A DNA stretch of 64,000 nt. Origin: Eledone cirrhosa. Lineage: Eukaryota. The translations under genes were made by a program, and so were the position numbers. Where the stretch lies: positions 36,022,001-36,086,000 of the forward strand of contig OZ024743.1 in assembly GCA_964016885.1 (NCBI GenBank), given 5' to 3'. The notes under the pieces were generated by a model. That model searched no databases and had not been told where the DNA came from. It worked only from the letters and a program-made list of their open reading frames with translations. The first letter of the stretch is position 1. Each line of letters begins with the position of its first letter. Below are positions 1 through 11,857 of the stretch, piece after piece.

Positions 1-77
1 ATATATATATATATAAATTGAAACAAAATGAAAACGAAATTTCATTTCTCACTCTTAGTATGGCACTTACTTAAATG

Positions 78-363
78 TAAGTATGCATGTATACGTACAT
101 ACATATATGTATACAGACGTACAGTAGCATGCACATATATATATATATATACATATATACATACATATGCATACAGGTACACATACATATATGCACGTAT
201 CAGTTTAGCGGCGCTAACGTCGCTTTGTTCGTTTGTAAACAAACTGAACAGCCTGAATTTATGCCATACGGTGTTAAGGCAACCACGTCACCTTTTTGTT
301 CAACACTGACACATGCTACTGTACGTCTGTATACATATATGTATGTACGTATACATGCATACT

Positions 364-365
<2 letters not shown>
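78..365. repeat. Inverted repeat, 54-bp arms (78-131 / 312-365), 180-bp spacer
   Basis: TAAGTATGCATGTATACG...CAGTAGCATG at 78-131 is the exact reverse complement of CATGCTACTG...GCATACTTA at 312-365; followed by (TA)n. Confidence 0.9.
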
Positions 366-390
<25 letters not shown>

Positions 391-394
<4 letters not shown>

Positions 395-573
395 TCTACC
401 TTTGGCACAAGGCCAGCAATTACCCAGTTCATTACTGGTACTTTATTTTATCGACCCCGTAAGGATGAAAGGCAAAGTTAACCTCGGCGGGATTTGAACT
501 TAGACTGTAAAGGGACGTAACTATGCTGGAAAGAATGGTGTCCAACCTTCTACCGATACTGCCAATCCACCGT
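391..573 (-). mobile_element. tRNA-derived SINE family A, type I variant
   Basis: Minus strand has box A-like TGGCAGTATCGG, box B-like GTTCAAATCC, central GCCTTTCATCCTTACGGGGTCGATAAAATAAAGTACCAG and tail GGCCTTGTGCCAAAGGTAGAAAC; many near-identical copies in the window. Confidence 0.9.
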
Positions 574-888
574 TATATATTAATATATAACTCTACAAAA
601 TTAACTGTCTTTAATATATATATAGAGATATATATATATATATCTATCTCTACATCTGTCTATCTATTTTAATATCGATTTCTTTCTCACACTATAAATA
701 ACACAAGTAATATAAATGATTTCTAACATAGTATTAAGCCTGGTATTTTGAGGAGGTGGCGTATATTGGACGATTAAATCAAGTGGCGAATTATTTAATC
801 AAACCTAGTATTTAATGATGGTGGGATTTAGATTTAGAACGTAGGTACACAGAAATATTCTACCGCCATAATAGTCATATCAATCATC

Positions 889-1320
889 ATTTCTAAGATA
901 AGCACAAGGCCATAAATTCGGTTCTAGGGGTTAGTCGACTATATCAAACTCAGTACCTGACTGTTACTTTATTTTATGAAACCCAGGCCTAAGGATGAAA
1001 GACGTAGTTGACCTTGACCGGACTTAACCCTTTAGCATTTAAACCGGCCATATCCGGCCAGAATACACTCACTTCTTTCTGTTCAAACCGGCTGTAACCG
1101 GTCACTCATACTGTTATTAAGGTATTGTTCTTAACATAAATAATATCATAATCTCACAGATTCAATATCATGTGTGATAATTATATAAGGGAAAGCCTTT
1201 ACCATGAAAATATAAGAGTAAATATAATAGTATATATAGAGTAATGTAAATGCAAAAGGGTTAAACTCAGAATGTAAAGGGCTCTACCCAAAAAGTATCT
1301 TGTGTGACGTTCTAACGATT
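889..1320 (-). mobile_element. Older, diverged SINE A copy interrupted by a TTAA MITE
   Basis: GCACAAGGCC...AAGGATGAAAGACGTAGTTGACCTT..GGAC|TTAA, resuming TTAA|ACTCAGAATGTAAAGGG after the MITE. Confidence 0.75.
1028..1260. mobile_element. piggyBac-type MITE, copy 1
   Basis: TIRs CCCTTTAGCATTTA / TAAATGCAAAAGGG, with TTAA at 1024-1027 and 1261-1264; homologous to 17370 and 36487. Confidence 0.9.
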
Positions 1321-1814
1321 AATACCATGACCACCACCACCACCACTACCACCACCAACAACAACAAGAACAGCAATATCAACAACAACGATGATTGACG
1401 ATGATGATGATGATGATGATGGTGGTGACTATGTTAAATAATATTGTTGAAATTTCATATTTTTGTAGCAAGGTGTAAACAATGGAATTTATCCCAGCAC
1501 TTTTATTTCTTTTTCTGACACACTGAATCATCTTTATAACGATGTCAATTTACAGAGGTCGTAGATGCTAGCGGAAAGCTTCTTCGTGGTTACTTGATGA
1601 TATAGTCCATGGTTCCCTGCATATAGTAAAGAGACGGTATGTCCATGGAAAAATATCTTTGATCATAGCTCCATTGGATAAAGAGTGAGCGGAGAGGGGC
1701 TAAGTAAGAATATGTACCATCGCTCTTTTAATAAAAAGGATTCTTAGTATTGCTACACGGCCAAACAGTTTAGATGTAGGGTGTCGTTTAATAAAGCCAA
1801 AGTTATTGTAATTT

Positions 1815-1962
1815 TGACGCAGGGTAAGAAGTTCGCTTCACAGTCATGATGTGATGGGTTCGATTCCACTGCATGGTATCTCGGACAGGTGTCTTTACCT
1901 TAGCCTCGTGTCACATTGGGAGTGAAGCTGAGAAGACGGAAACTGTGTCGATGCCTTTCGTA
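1815..1962 (+). mobile_element. SINE family B (tRNA head, CORE-like body), diverged
   Basis: GGTAAGAAGTTCGCTT...GGGTTCGATTCCACTGC...GGACAGGTGTCTT...AGACGGAAACTG; related minus-strand copies near 4335-4490, 43480-43580 and 44290-44430. Confidence 0.6.
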
Positions 1963-2483
1963 TGGATTGTCATATCACGCGACATGCCATTTTGCATCAC
2001 AGTTACGCCAATGTTAATGTGTCGGCGGAATATTCACGCATTTATACATTAACTTACGAATCAAACTTTCGGTTGATCAAACGACTGAAGGTTCATCGTC
2101 GAAACCGACGAAGGATCCATCAATGTTATTTTAAATTCTATTTCTGTGTGTGTACGTATGTGTGTGTGCATATGTATGTATGTGTATGTGTACGTATGTA
2201 TGTGTATGCATGTGTGTGTGTGTGTGTGTGTGTATGTGTGCATGTGTATGTATGTGTATGTGTATGTATGTATGTGTATGTGTGTGTATGTATGTGTGTG
2301 TGATGTGGTGATGGTGAGGTGAGAGTTGCTTTTGTTCTATTAATCTACAACGCTTCAGAGGTCTCCAGGTACGTGTCATACACAAATTCAGGCGGTTTAT
2401 GGGGCTGAGATAATGGATTCACTCAGGTGTGTTCAACCATACCTTCGTTTACTGATGACATCCAGTCTCTCGTTCTCTCTTTG

Positions 2484-2517
<34 letters not shown>

Positions 2518-2888
2518 GCAATTTCTCTCTCCCTCGCAGTTTCTGTTTGTCTCTCACTCTCCATCCCCCCTCTCTCTCTCTATATATATATAGAGAGAGA
2601 GAGGAGGACAGAGGGAGAGACAGTGAGAGAGAGGGGGGGAGAAAGTGCAGAAGTATATTTTCGAAGTCGATGTATTTCCTCATGTTTTTAAACTTTACCT
2701 GGCTCTCAATGCACCCCCTCCCCACACACACATACACCCCCTCCCTCCACACATATATGTCCGATGATCCTGTGAGTTCGCAAGTGAAACTCCAGAATAA
2801 CAAGGCTTCCCACTTTGACATAATAAATGAATATTTGAACTCTATTTCGGTATTCAGTCTTCATTCTCACGTCCGTCAATAATAGAAG

Positions 2889-2945
<57 letters not shown>

Positions 2946-3009
2946 TAAGTATGTAAGTATGTTTTGAAACAGTGAGCAGGTTTGAAATTAGAAATTAGAA
3001 TAGCTTTCG

Positions 3010-3337
<328 letters not shown>

Positions 3338-3396
3338 GAAAAAGAATGATTTCACTTGTAGTTATAAATAATTTTATTCATTATTATAATATTATG

Positions 3397-3576
3397 TGGC
3401 AGTATCGGTAGAGGGTCGAACGCCATGCTTTGACGCATAGAGTTACGGCCCTTGCCATTTTGAGTTCTATTCCCGCCGAGGTTAACTTTGCCTTTCATCC
3501 TTACGGGGTCGATAAAATAAAGTACCAGAAATGCACTGGGATAATTGCCGGCCTTGTGCCAAAAGTAGAAACAATT
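3397..3576 (+). mobile_element. SINE family A, type II variant
   Basis: TGGCAGTATCGG...CTTTGACGCATAGAGTTACGGCCCTTGCC...AGTAGAAACAATT. Confidence 0.9.
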
Positions 3577-3669
3577 GTATTATAAAATTAAATCAAACTA
3601 CAAGTGAAGTCATTCTTTTCCTTTTTTTCAAATATACCTAACTGTACCAAGGATCTAACACATTTTCAA

Positions 3670-3711
<42 letters not shown>

Positions 3712-3886
3712 TTTAGCCATTTCTCTATTTTCCACACATACTTTTACTTCACTTCTCTCTCTCTCTTTCTATCTTTCTTTCTTACACTTTCATTTGTACA
3801 TATAATTGCAAGCGTCCACACATACACATATATACGTAAATAAGTGTTTACTATTATCTCTCACTCACTCACACACAGGTATACAC

Positions 3887-3957
3887 ATACGAATCGAACG
3901 TAGGACGTTAGGATCATAAGCTGAGCACACGAACCACTAAGCCAGGTGCCTTCACAC
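3887..3957 (-). mobile_element. tRNA-like head of SINE family C
   Basis: Minus strand TGAAGGCACCTGGCTTAGTGGTT...GTTCGATTC, matching the head at 58912. Confidence 0.6.
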
Positions 3958-4334
3958 CTATCTAATTAAACTGGACCTGTCTAACTACTGTCATCCTGTT
4001 TAAATATAACTGTTTCTTCTTTATCAGGTATATTGTTCTTTATCAAGTACAGTATATTGTTCTTTATCAGGTATGTTGTGGCTATATTTTTGTGTAGTTC
4101 TGGAAATATTAGATCTATTACAAACATTACAATCAACCATACTTCTACACTGGAATAGACCTCCACCAGTTTCAACGATGAGTATTACAGTTATTCAATT
4201 ATCGGAACACCACAATCCTAAAATTAAAATGCAAGTGGTTGAGCATTTTACATACAAGTGTATCCCTAAAGTAAGTCTCGGGGAAATTCAGCGGGACAGT
4301 TTGTGACAAGGTTGGTCTTTTTGAATTGCTACTC

Positions 4335-4490
4335 CAGGCCATCAGACTTCTATCCAAATTCACTCACAAGACTTGGGTCAACCAGAGTCTATGGAAAAAT
4401 GACCCGTGTTCATAATATCAGGCTGTGAGATCGAACCCAGCACCTTATGATTGCGAAGCAAACTTCTTAACTCTTAAACATTCAGCCATG
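4335..4490 (-). mobile_element. SINE family B, diverged
   Basis: CCAAATTCACTCACAAG...GATCGAACCC...TTGCGAAGCAAACTTCTTAAC...CAGCCATGC; antisense to the 1815 copy. Confidence 0.55.
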
Positions 4491-4805
4491 CTACGTCTAC
4501 ACTTCTGCACTATATTACACCACACTACAATGAACAAACTTACACTACATAGTTCCACATATATACACTACGATATATTGTACAACTCTACACAAACTGC
4601 ATACACTAATTTGTTCCTCACTACTTCACTATATTACATTGTTCCAGATTTCTGCTTTACTTTGAACAACGCCTTTACACTATAGTAAACGAGATCACAT
4701 ACTGCAGCAAAGGAAAACATTCGCATAATCTTTTTAGAATAAGGCAAAGTTGACCTCGGGTTTAACCAGCATCACCACCACCACCACCACCACCACCACC
4801 AGTTT

Positions 4806-5355
4806 TGATCAAATTTTTCGCATGTGCAAATGGTCTGTTAAAATTCTGTGAACTGCATTTCTATCCAAGCCCATTTCTTCTGCAATCACCCCAACACTTA
4901 ACTGACGACCATTCGCCATCATCGCTCGCACCATTTCCACATTTTGTTCATTTTTTGTCGAGATTGTCCTTCCAGAACGAGGTTCATATTCAACATTTTC
5001 TCGGGCCTCTTTGAAAGCTTTGTGCCACTTAAAAACTCTATTTCTCGATAGAGTGACATCTCCATAAGCTTGTATTAAAGAATTAAATGTTTTGATGGCA
5101 GATTTGTTCTTTCACACACAATTAAATAACGTACCGTAGTTCGATATTTTCCTGCGTCGCAAAAATAACAGAGGTTATAAACATGTCTGTACATAAACAG
5201 CAATGACTCACGATATAACCAATCGATCATGTTGATAACAAGTATGTATGTGCAGTAATAGTCATTCTAACATGCCTATATACATTAACGAGTTGCTGCT
5301 TTACCATGTCATACATAGTAAAATCAGTAATCTTACTTTTGGGACAAACCTCGTA
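4806..5355 (-). mobile_element. Mariner transposon 5' fragment (TIR plus decayed transposase N-terminal HTH)
   Basis: Minus-strand translation KSAIKTFNSLIQAYGDVTLSRNRVFKWHKAFKEARENVEYEPRSGRTISTKNEQNVEMVRAMMANGRQLSVGVIAEEMGLDRNAVHRILTDHLHMRKI is a typical mariner N-terminus; terminus TA|CGAGGTTTGTCCCAAAAG at 5355-5336. Confidence 0.88.
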
Positions 5356-5609
5356 CATAGCTGAAAATACTAGGTGTGGTCTACACCTATACGCACACAC
5401 ACACACTTTCACACACACACACACACACAAAAGAACTTCCTCACACACACACATATAGTCACCTTCTCACTTTCAGTCAGTGTTACTGTTCAACATTTCC
5501 CAATAAGATAATTACCACTGGCATTTCGTCGGTATGGTATGTACTGTGTATGTGTGTTAACGCGTTTTTGTTTTACCTAACACACACATACGCGCGCGCA
5601 CACTAACAC

Positions 5610-5704
5610 ACACATATATACATGTAAATATACATATACATATGTATACATATATGTATATGTATATATATATGTATATATGTATATATATATGTATATA
5701 TATG

Positions 5705-5735
<31 letters not shown>

Positions 5736-5825
5736 GTATATACATACATATATATATACATATATATATATACATATATATACATATATATATATATATA
5801 TGTATATACATACATATATATATAC

Positions 5826-5883
<58 letters not shown>

Positions 5884-5973
5884 GTATATATGTATATGTA
5901 TATATGTATATATATATATGTATATATGTATATATATATATATATATGTATATACATACATATATATATATAC

Positions 5974-6006
<33 letters not shown>

Positions 6007-6017
6007 TACATATATAC

Positions 6018-6048
<31 letters not shown>

Positions 6049-6139
6049 CATATATATATATACATATATATATACATATATATATGTATATACATACATA
6101 TATACATATATATATATATGTACATACATATATACATAC

Positions 6140-6186
<47 letters not shown>

Positions 6187-6215
6187 TATACATACATACA
6201 TATATATATATGTAT

Positions 6216-6280
<65 letters not shown>

Positions 6281-6463
6281 CATACATATATACATACATA
6301 CATATATATATATATATACACACACACATATGTATATGTATAATATATGATACATATACATATGTATATGTATAATATACATATACATTTATACATTGTA
6401 TATATATATATGTATACATGTATCTATGTATGTATCTATATGTATACATATTCATTTACACAT

Positions 6464-6517
<54 letters not shown>
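5610..6517. repeat. Compound (TA)n/(TATG)n/(TACA)n microsatellite
   Basis: Direct inspection; source of the YI-repeat ORFs. Confidence 0.95.
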
Positions 6518-6519
<2 letters not shown>

Positions 6520-6705
6520 TCACGTGTACATGTCGATGTGTACATGTATTTATATGTGCGTGTGTGTAAATGGAGTGGTTAATACGTCGATGAAACGAAA
6601 CTGGAAATAATTAAATACAAACGTTGGCAATATAGAGTGGATAAACATTAATTAGAGTTCTATTTATATCAGACAACATACAGACCTGTATGACCACACA
6701 CACAG

Positions 6706-6770
<65 letters not shown>

Positions 6771-7583
6771 GCTTAAAATGGAATGAGAGTAAGAAGAAAG
6801 CAAGAACGGGGGGAGTTTTCCTCATCAGTTGTCTACTGGGGCTCTCGGATATTTCAAAACTTTAAAGACAAGATATCTACCCCCCCCCCCCCCCCACAGA
6901 GCGTTCAATAACTGGGTAAGTTATTGGGAAAACGGAGGAGGGAGAGAAGGAAAATAGAAGGGAAGAGGGAAGAAAAGAGAGAACAGCGAAAAAAACAACA
7001 TACCCAGCAATGTGCGAGCAACTTAAGGTAAGAAAATCCAAGACCACAGCGATAACAGAACTTAAGTTCAGGAGCGTGTGGGCGAACGAAAAGACACGTC
7101 TGACCCCAGCGAGTGTAAGTGAGAAAAGGACTGCTAGAGGGTCAGGCGAGGGAAGCAATGAGGTGGCTTAACTAGCAACTACACAACCAATCCTATTCTC
7201 CATATATATATATATATATATATACTTACATACTCACACACACATACACACTCACACACACATATATACATACACAGACATACACACATATAGACACACT
7301 CCCACCCACATATATACATACACACATTCTCACACATATACACATACTCACACATATACACACACGCGTACACACTCACACATACACACGCACATACACG
7401 TACACACACATATATACATACACACATTCTCACACATATACACACACTCACACATATACACACACTCACACATACACACTCACACACACGTACACACTCA
7501 CACACACATCACACACACGTACACACTCACATACACATACACACTCACACACACATAATACACAACGCAAACATATATACATA

Positions 7584-7665
7584 ATGGCTGCCTCCTCGTT
7601 ATCGAGTATGGCTATTGTACGAAAAAATCCCCAAAATAATAACGACAGCAATAATAACAATAATA
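7584..7665 (-). mobile_element. Isolated 3' terminus of the RTE family seen at 55848
   Basis: ATGGCTGCCTCCTCGTTATCGAGTATGGCTATTGTACGA aligns with 55848 GACGGCTGCCCCCTCGTTATCGAGTATGGCCATTGCACGA; both are followed by an (AAT/AAC)n tract. Confidence 0.75.
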
Positions 7666-8787
7666 AAAACTGCAACAATTGGATTATCTAAATATCTAAG
7701 GGAATCACATGATTGGATGATCAAACTCGTTTTGAAACACGAAAGCATCAAAAGATCATACTCCATTACAAAAGATGCACAAAGATACAGTAATGGACTA
7801 CACATTTCAGAAGTCCCATTTACTACTGAAATGGAAAACACAGAAAAAGCAAAGCAGGCAAAAGTAACTGCAAAGAAAGAACTGCTACAGAAACTGGCTA
7901 AGAAATGGCAAGAAAAGCCTCTGTATGGAAAATACCCAGAAAGAGCTAACAATCCTGATGTTGACAAAACTTTAACCCATCAGTTGTTGGCATCCTCTGG
8001 ATTGAAATCGGAGACTGAAGGACTGATTATATCAGCACAAGATCAGTGTCTGCCAACAAAAAATTACCAAGCCAACATAATAAAAAATGGATGCAACCCA
8101 TTATGCCGTGTATGTAAAAAACAACCAGAGACCATTGATCATATAATTTCAATGTGCAGTCCTATAGCTCCAACCGAATACCTAAACAGGCAATACATAC
8201 ATTGGATAATGTGTAAGCATTTTGACCTGCCCTATCAAAAGAATTGGTGGGAACATCAACCACCTCCCATACTTGAAAAAGATCACATCTCAATCTTGTG
8301 GAACTTTAGCATCCAAACAGACCGAAAAAATAGATGCAAATAGACCTGATATAATACTGAAGAACTTTAAAAAGAGGGTATGCACAAGAATGTATCTATA
8401 AAAGCATTTGAAAAATTGAGTATAAGGACCTGGAGATAGAAATTGGAAAAATGTGGAAATTGAGAACTAAAACAATACCAGTGGTTGTAGGCACTCTAGG
8501 AATGATACCTAAGGGGTCTAATGATTGCTTATCGCAAATCCCAGGAAACCCGCGTATAGGAGAAATACAAAAGATAGTACTAATGGGAACTGCCCATATA
8601 CTAAGGAAGATTCTGTCAATATAAGTACATCACAATTCTAAACACCTAAAGATGCATGTGTGTGTATGTATGTTCTTTCTTGAACTTGGCGAACCTTGTT
8701 GTCTCTTGAGGTCACTGGTTGTGACCTGGTGATAACTCGTATGAACATAAAGCAAGATAAATGCAACTGTAATAATAATAATAATAA
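7666..8787 (+). mobile_element. 5'-truncated R4/Dong-type non-LTR retrotransposon (CCHC knuckle plus RLE endonuclease), frameshifted, with (TAA)n tail
   Basis: ETEGLIISAQDQ; CRVCKKQPETIDHIISMC; ILWNFSIQTDR; RPDII; KDLEIEIGKMW...IPVVVGTLG...LMGTAHILRKILSI* (stop 8622-8624); 3' UTR then (TAA)n at 8770-8787. Confidence 0.9.
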
Positions 8788-8819
8788 AAATATATATACA
8801 TTCATATATACATACAACG

Positions 8820-9905
8820 TATAACCTGGGAATATAACACCCGAGTGAAAAGAATATGGTCTTCTGAAATGTCTGCGCACAATAAATCAGTGGCCCACAA
8901 TGTGTTTGATGTACCTGTACTAATACCAACATTTAGAATACTTGATTGGACGCTGGATGAAATTCGAGCCATCGATGTTAAAACCAGAATAATCCTAACT
9001 AACATCGGAAACTTCTACATTAACAGTAACATAGACTGCCTCTACCTGAAACGTAAACAGGGAGGGAGAAGCTTAACATCAGTCCTGGCAGCATTTTTGT
9101 GTCGCATCATATACTTCCAACAACATCTACGAAACACTACGCGTATGAGCCCATTGAAATTGAATCCATGGACGAAAAGGTACATGTTTATCAGCAAAAG
9201 ATCTTGCATGGGTATGTTGTCAGAAAGCCCTAAAGTGAGAGTAATATAGATAAGCAAAGTAGTCTATCTTGGACCAACAACCGCTATATTGGCTCCCACT
9301 TTGAAGGATATGTTTTTACAATCCACGAACATAAAATAACTACAAAATACCTGATTCACAAAAGAAATAGGGATGCTGGCAAGACACCCAGATGTGACAA
9401 GTGATGCAGACTCTAACGAATTAACATCGAAGATGTCAATCATATCATAAGCAGCTGTCCAAAGATGTCATAACGGTAGTATCTATCTATGAGGCATGAT
9501 GTAGTGGCCAAAAGACTATAGAATGTAATCTGTAGAATGGACAGCCTTGACAATAAACATATAAAAACTTACAGCAATGTGGAAGACATACATATACATA
9601 ATATGAAAGAGTACTGGTGGAATTTTCCAGTCAAATTCCCAATAAAATACAAAAACACAGACATAGTTATATGGAACAAAATTAATATAATGCTAAAGAT
9701 CAGTGAAAAGGAGAACATTTATGCTGAACTAATGAGGAAACTGTAGATATCTCACCCTGACTATACCTTTAGATTTGTACCTGTAATTACTGCGGCTCTT
9801 GGATAAGTTAATGCATCAGTACAAGTCATGAAAAGCTGAGTGTCACAGAACGAGAAAGTGTGCGGCAAGTTAGGAAGCGTAAAAATATGTTAAACTTTTC
9901 AGAAA
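8820..9905 (+). pseudogene. Second, more decayed R4/Dong-type LINE fragment (RT thumb to RLE), different subfamily
   Basis: RVKRIWSSEMSAHNK...DVKTR...LYLKRKQGGRSL; LHGY; SHFEGYVFTIHE; CRL*RINIEDVNHIISSC...RHD; WWNFP; FVPVITAALG; many stops and deletions. Confidence 0.82.
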
Positions 9906-9983
9906 TTCCGCAGGTAATAGCTGCATATACACATGCATAGATGCAGAAACATATGCACGTGTACACATAAATAACAGCTATAC

Positions 9984-10049
<66 letters not shown>

Positions 10050-11588
10050 TAAACACACATTGTAACTACCTATTTATTTACATAAAATCAATATCCCTAG
10101 TAACTTATATTAGGAAGAAACACCTATTTATTTATTTTTTTTATTTATTTATAAATAACATCCCTCGTAACTCATATTATAAACAAACTATCCTTTAATA
10201 AAAAAAACACATATGCTATTATTAAAATATATATAGATATTTATATATTATTATAATAAGATAAATAATTCTCCATATAAATATAGACAAATGTCTGAAT
10301 ATATTTTCCCTAAATTAACGTTCAAGTGGTCTTCCTTTTCCTTCTTCTTTAACAATTTTAGTTTGATAATTTATATAGCTTCGTTAAATTAACAATATTC
10401 TGAAAACATTCTCAATGTTGAAAATTTTTGAATCCACAAATTATTCTAATCTCACAACTTGAAAATAAAATTTTCAACATGCTTCGTAACTCATATTTGA
10501 TTATATAAACAATCAATGCATAAGCAACTTATTAATATATATAGAGAGATATACATATAACCTATCCTAATGTAATAAGATAAAAATAAAAATACTTACA
10601 ACCATATAATTCATATAATTTTATGACTCATAATATAGGTAACAAAAATCTTTACCCCCAAATTAATGTTATTCTTTTCTCTTTCTCTTCCTTCCTTATC
10701 ATAAATATTTAAATTTTCCATAGCTTCTAAAATAACGTTTTTTCAGCCCTTTAATATACACACATCATTTGCATACTCATATTAATAATTTTAAATATCT
10801 GACTTTTCTTCTCTCTTCCCTTCACTTTCCAGGGATAACTTGAACCGTTAAGGTATATTATCCTTGGTCATGTCAAATATTTATAAAACATTTTGTATTT
10901 TATCTGTGATAGCGTACCAAAATTTATGGTACCCTTGAAATATATATAATAGAATAAATATGGTTTTATAAATATAGTTTCCATTTATTTAATATCATAG
11001 TATATATATATATCACCATTGGATAGAACTGGTAATTCCGTATGGTCAACCTTGGTGAAATATTAGGGAGAGCACTCGACGTAATGCAACTCACCCGTCT
11101 TCGTTTGTGTTGTTGGTGGTGGTGCGAGTACGGAGTTAATTATTATAAAATAACAGGAGGCTGGCTGGTGTAATTCCTTAAAGGTTTATTATACTATGAA
11201 CATTTCAATGACCGGATTCAGTAAGAATCCGGTGACATCATCAGGTATTCGAAATTTAACAAAGGAATATAATAGACACAATCCATGGGGCTGAAAAAGC
11301 AGAGAAACAAGAGGGCGGCCAAACATTTATCAGTTTCTAGTCCGGTAGGCCGCCTAAACACACATACTATATGTACATATATTCATAGGTAACTAGCTAG
11401 TCTGTGGAAGACAACAAGTAATCATTTGTTTTCTCAGACTCTCCCCTAGTTGTGAGGTCGTTGCATTGTTGTACAACTTGAACTCTTCCTTCATGAAGAC
11501 TTTACCCAGGGAAGAGACAACGAGAAATCCTCTGCGTAATAGTTTATTCTGCTAAGAATAGCAACCATATATCCCTCAAAATACATAT

Positions 11589-11760
11589 TGGTTTCTTATA
11601 TAGGCACAAGGCCAGCAATTTTAGAGAAGGGGAAAGTCGATTAAATCAACCCCAGTGTATTACTGGTACTTCATTTTATCGAGCCAGTAAGGATGAAATG
11701 CAAAGGTAACCTCGGCGGGATTTGAACTCAGATCATAAAGCGGCATAATTCTATGCTAAA
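11589..11760 (-). mobile_element. SINE family A, long variant
   Basis: GGCACAAGGCCAGCAATTTT...GTCGATTAAATCAACCCCAG...AACCTCGGCGGGATTTGAACTCAG. Confidence 0.85.
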
Positions 11761-11857
11761 ATACATATTACATAAATAGAACTCATCGAATAATGTTCGC
11801 CAAAAGAGAAAGCATGATCATAGTTCTGTTTAATCAGGTCTTAAAAAGTTACCAATA

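Noticed and set aside
5557-6455. Long YI/CV/HT-repeat ORFs here and throughout the ORF track
   Set aside because: Translations of stop-free (TA)n, (CA)n and (TATG)n microsatellites; no coding evidence
6770-6870. Hammerhead from minus-strand CTGATGAGG (similar words at ~23925 and 63738)
   Set aside because: No correctly placed GAAA and stem III could be assembled
11209-11233. Hairpin ACCGGATTC-AGTAA-GAATCCGGT as a terminator or Helitron end
   Set aside because: Single 9-bp stem with no U-tract and no nearby CTRR terminus
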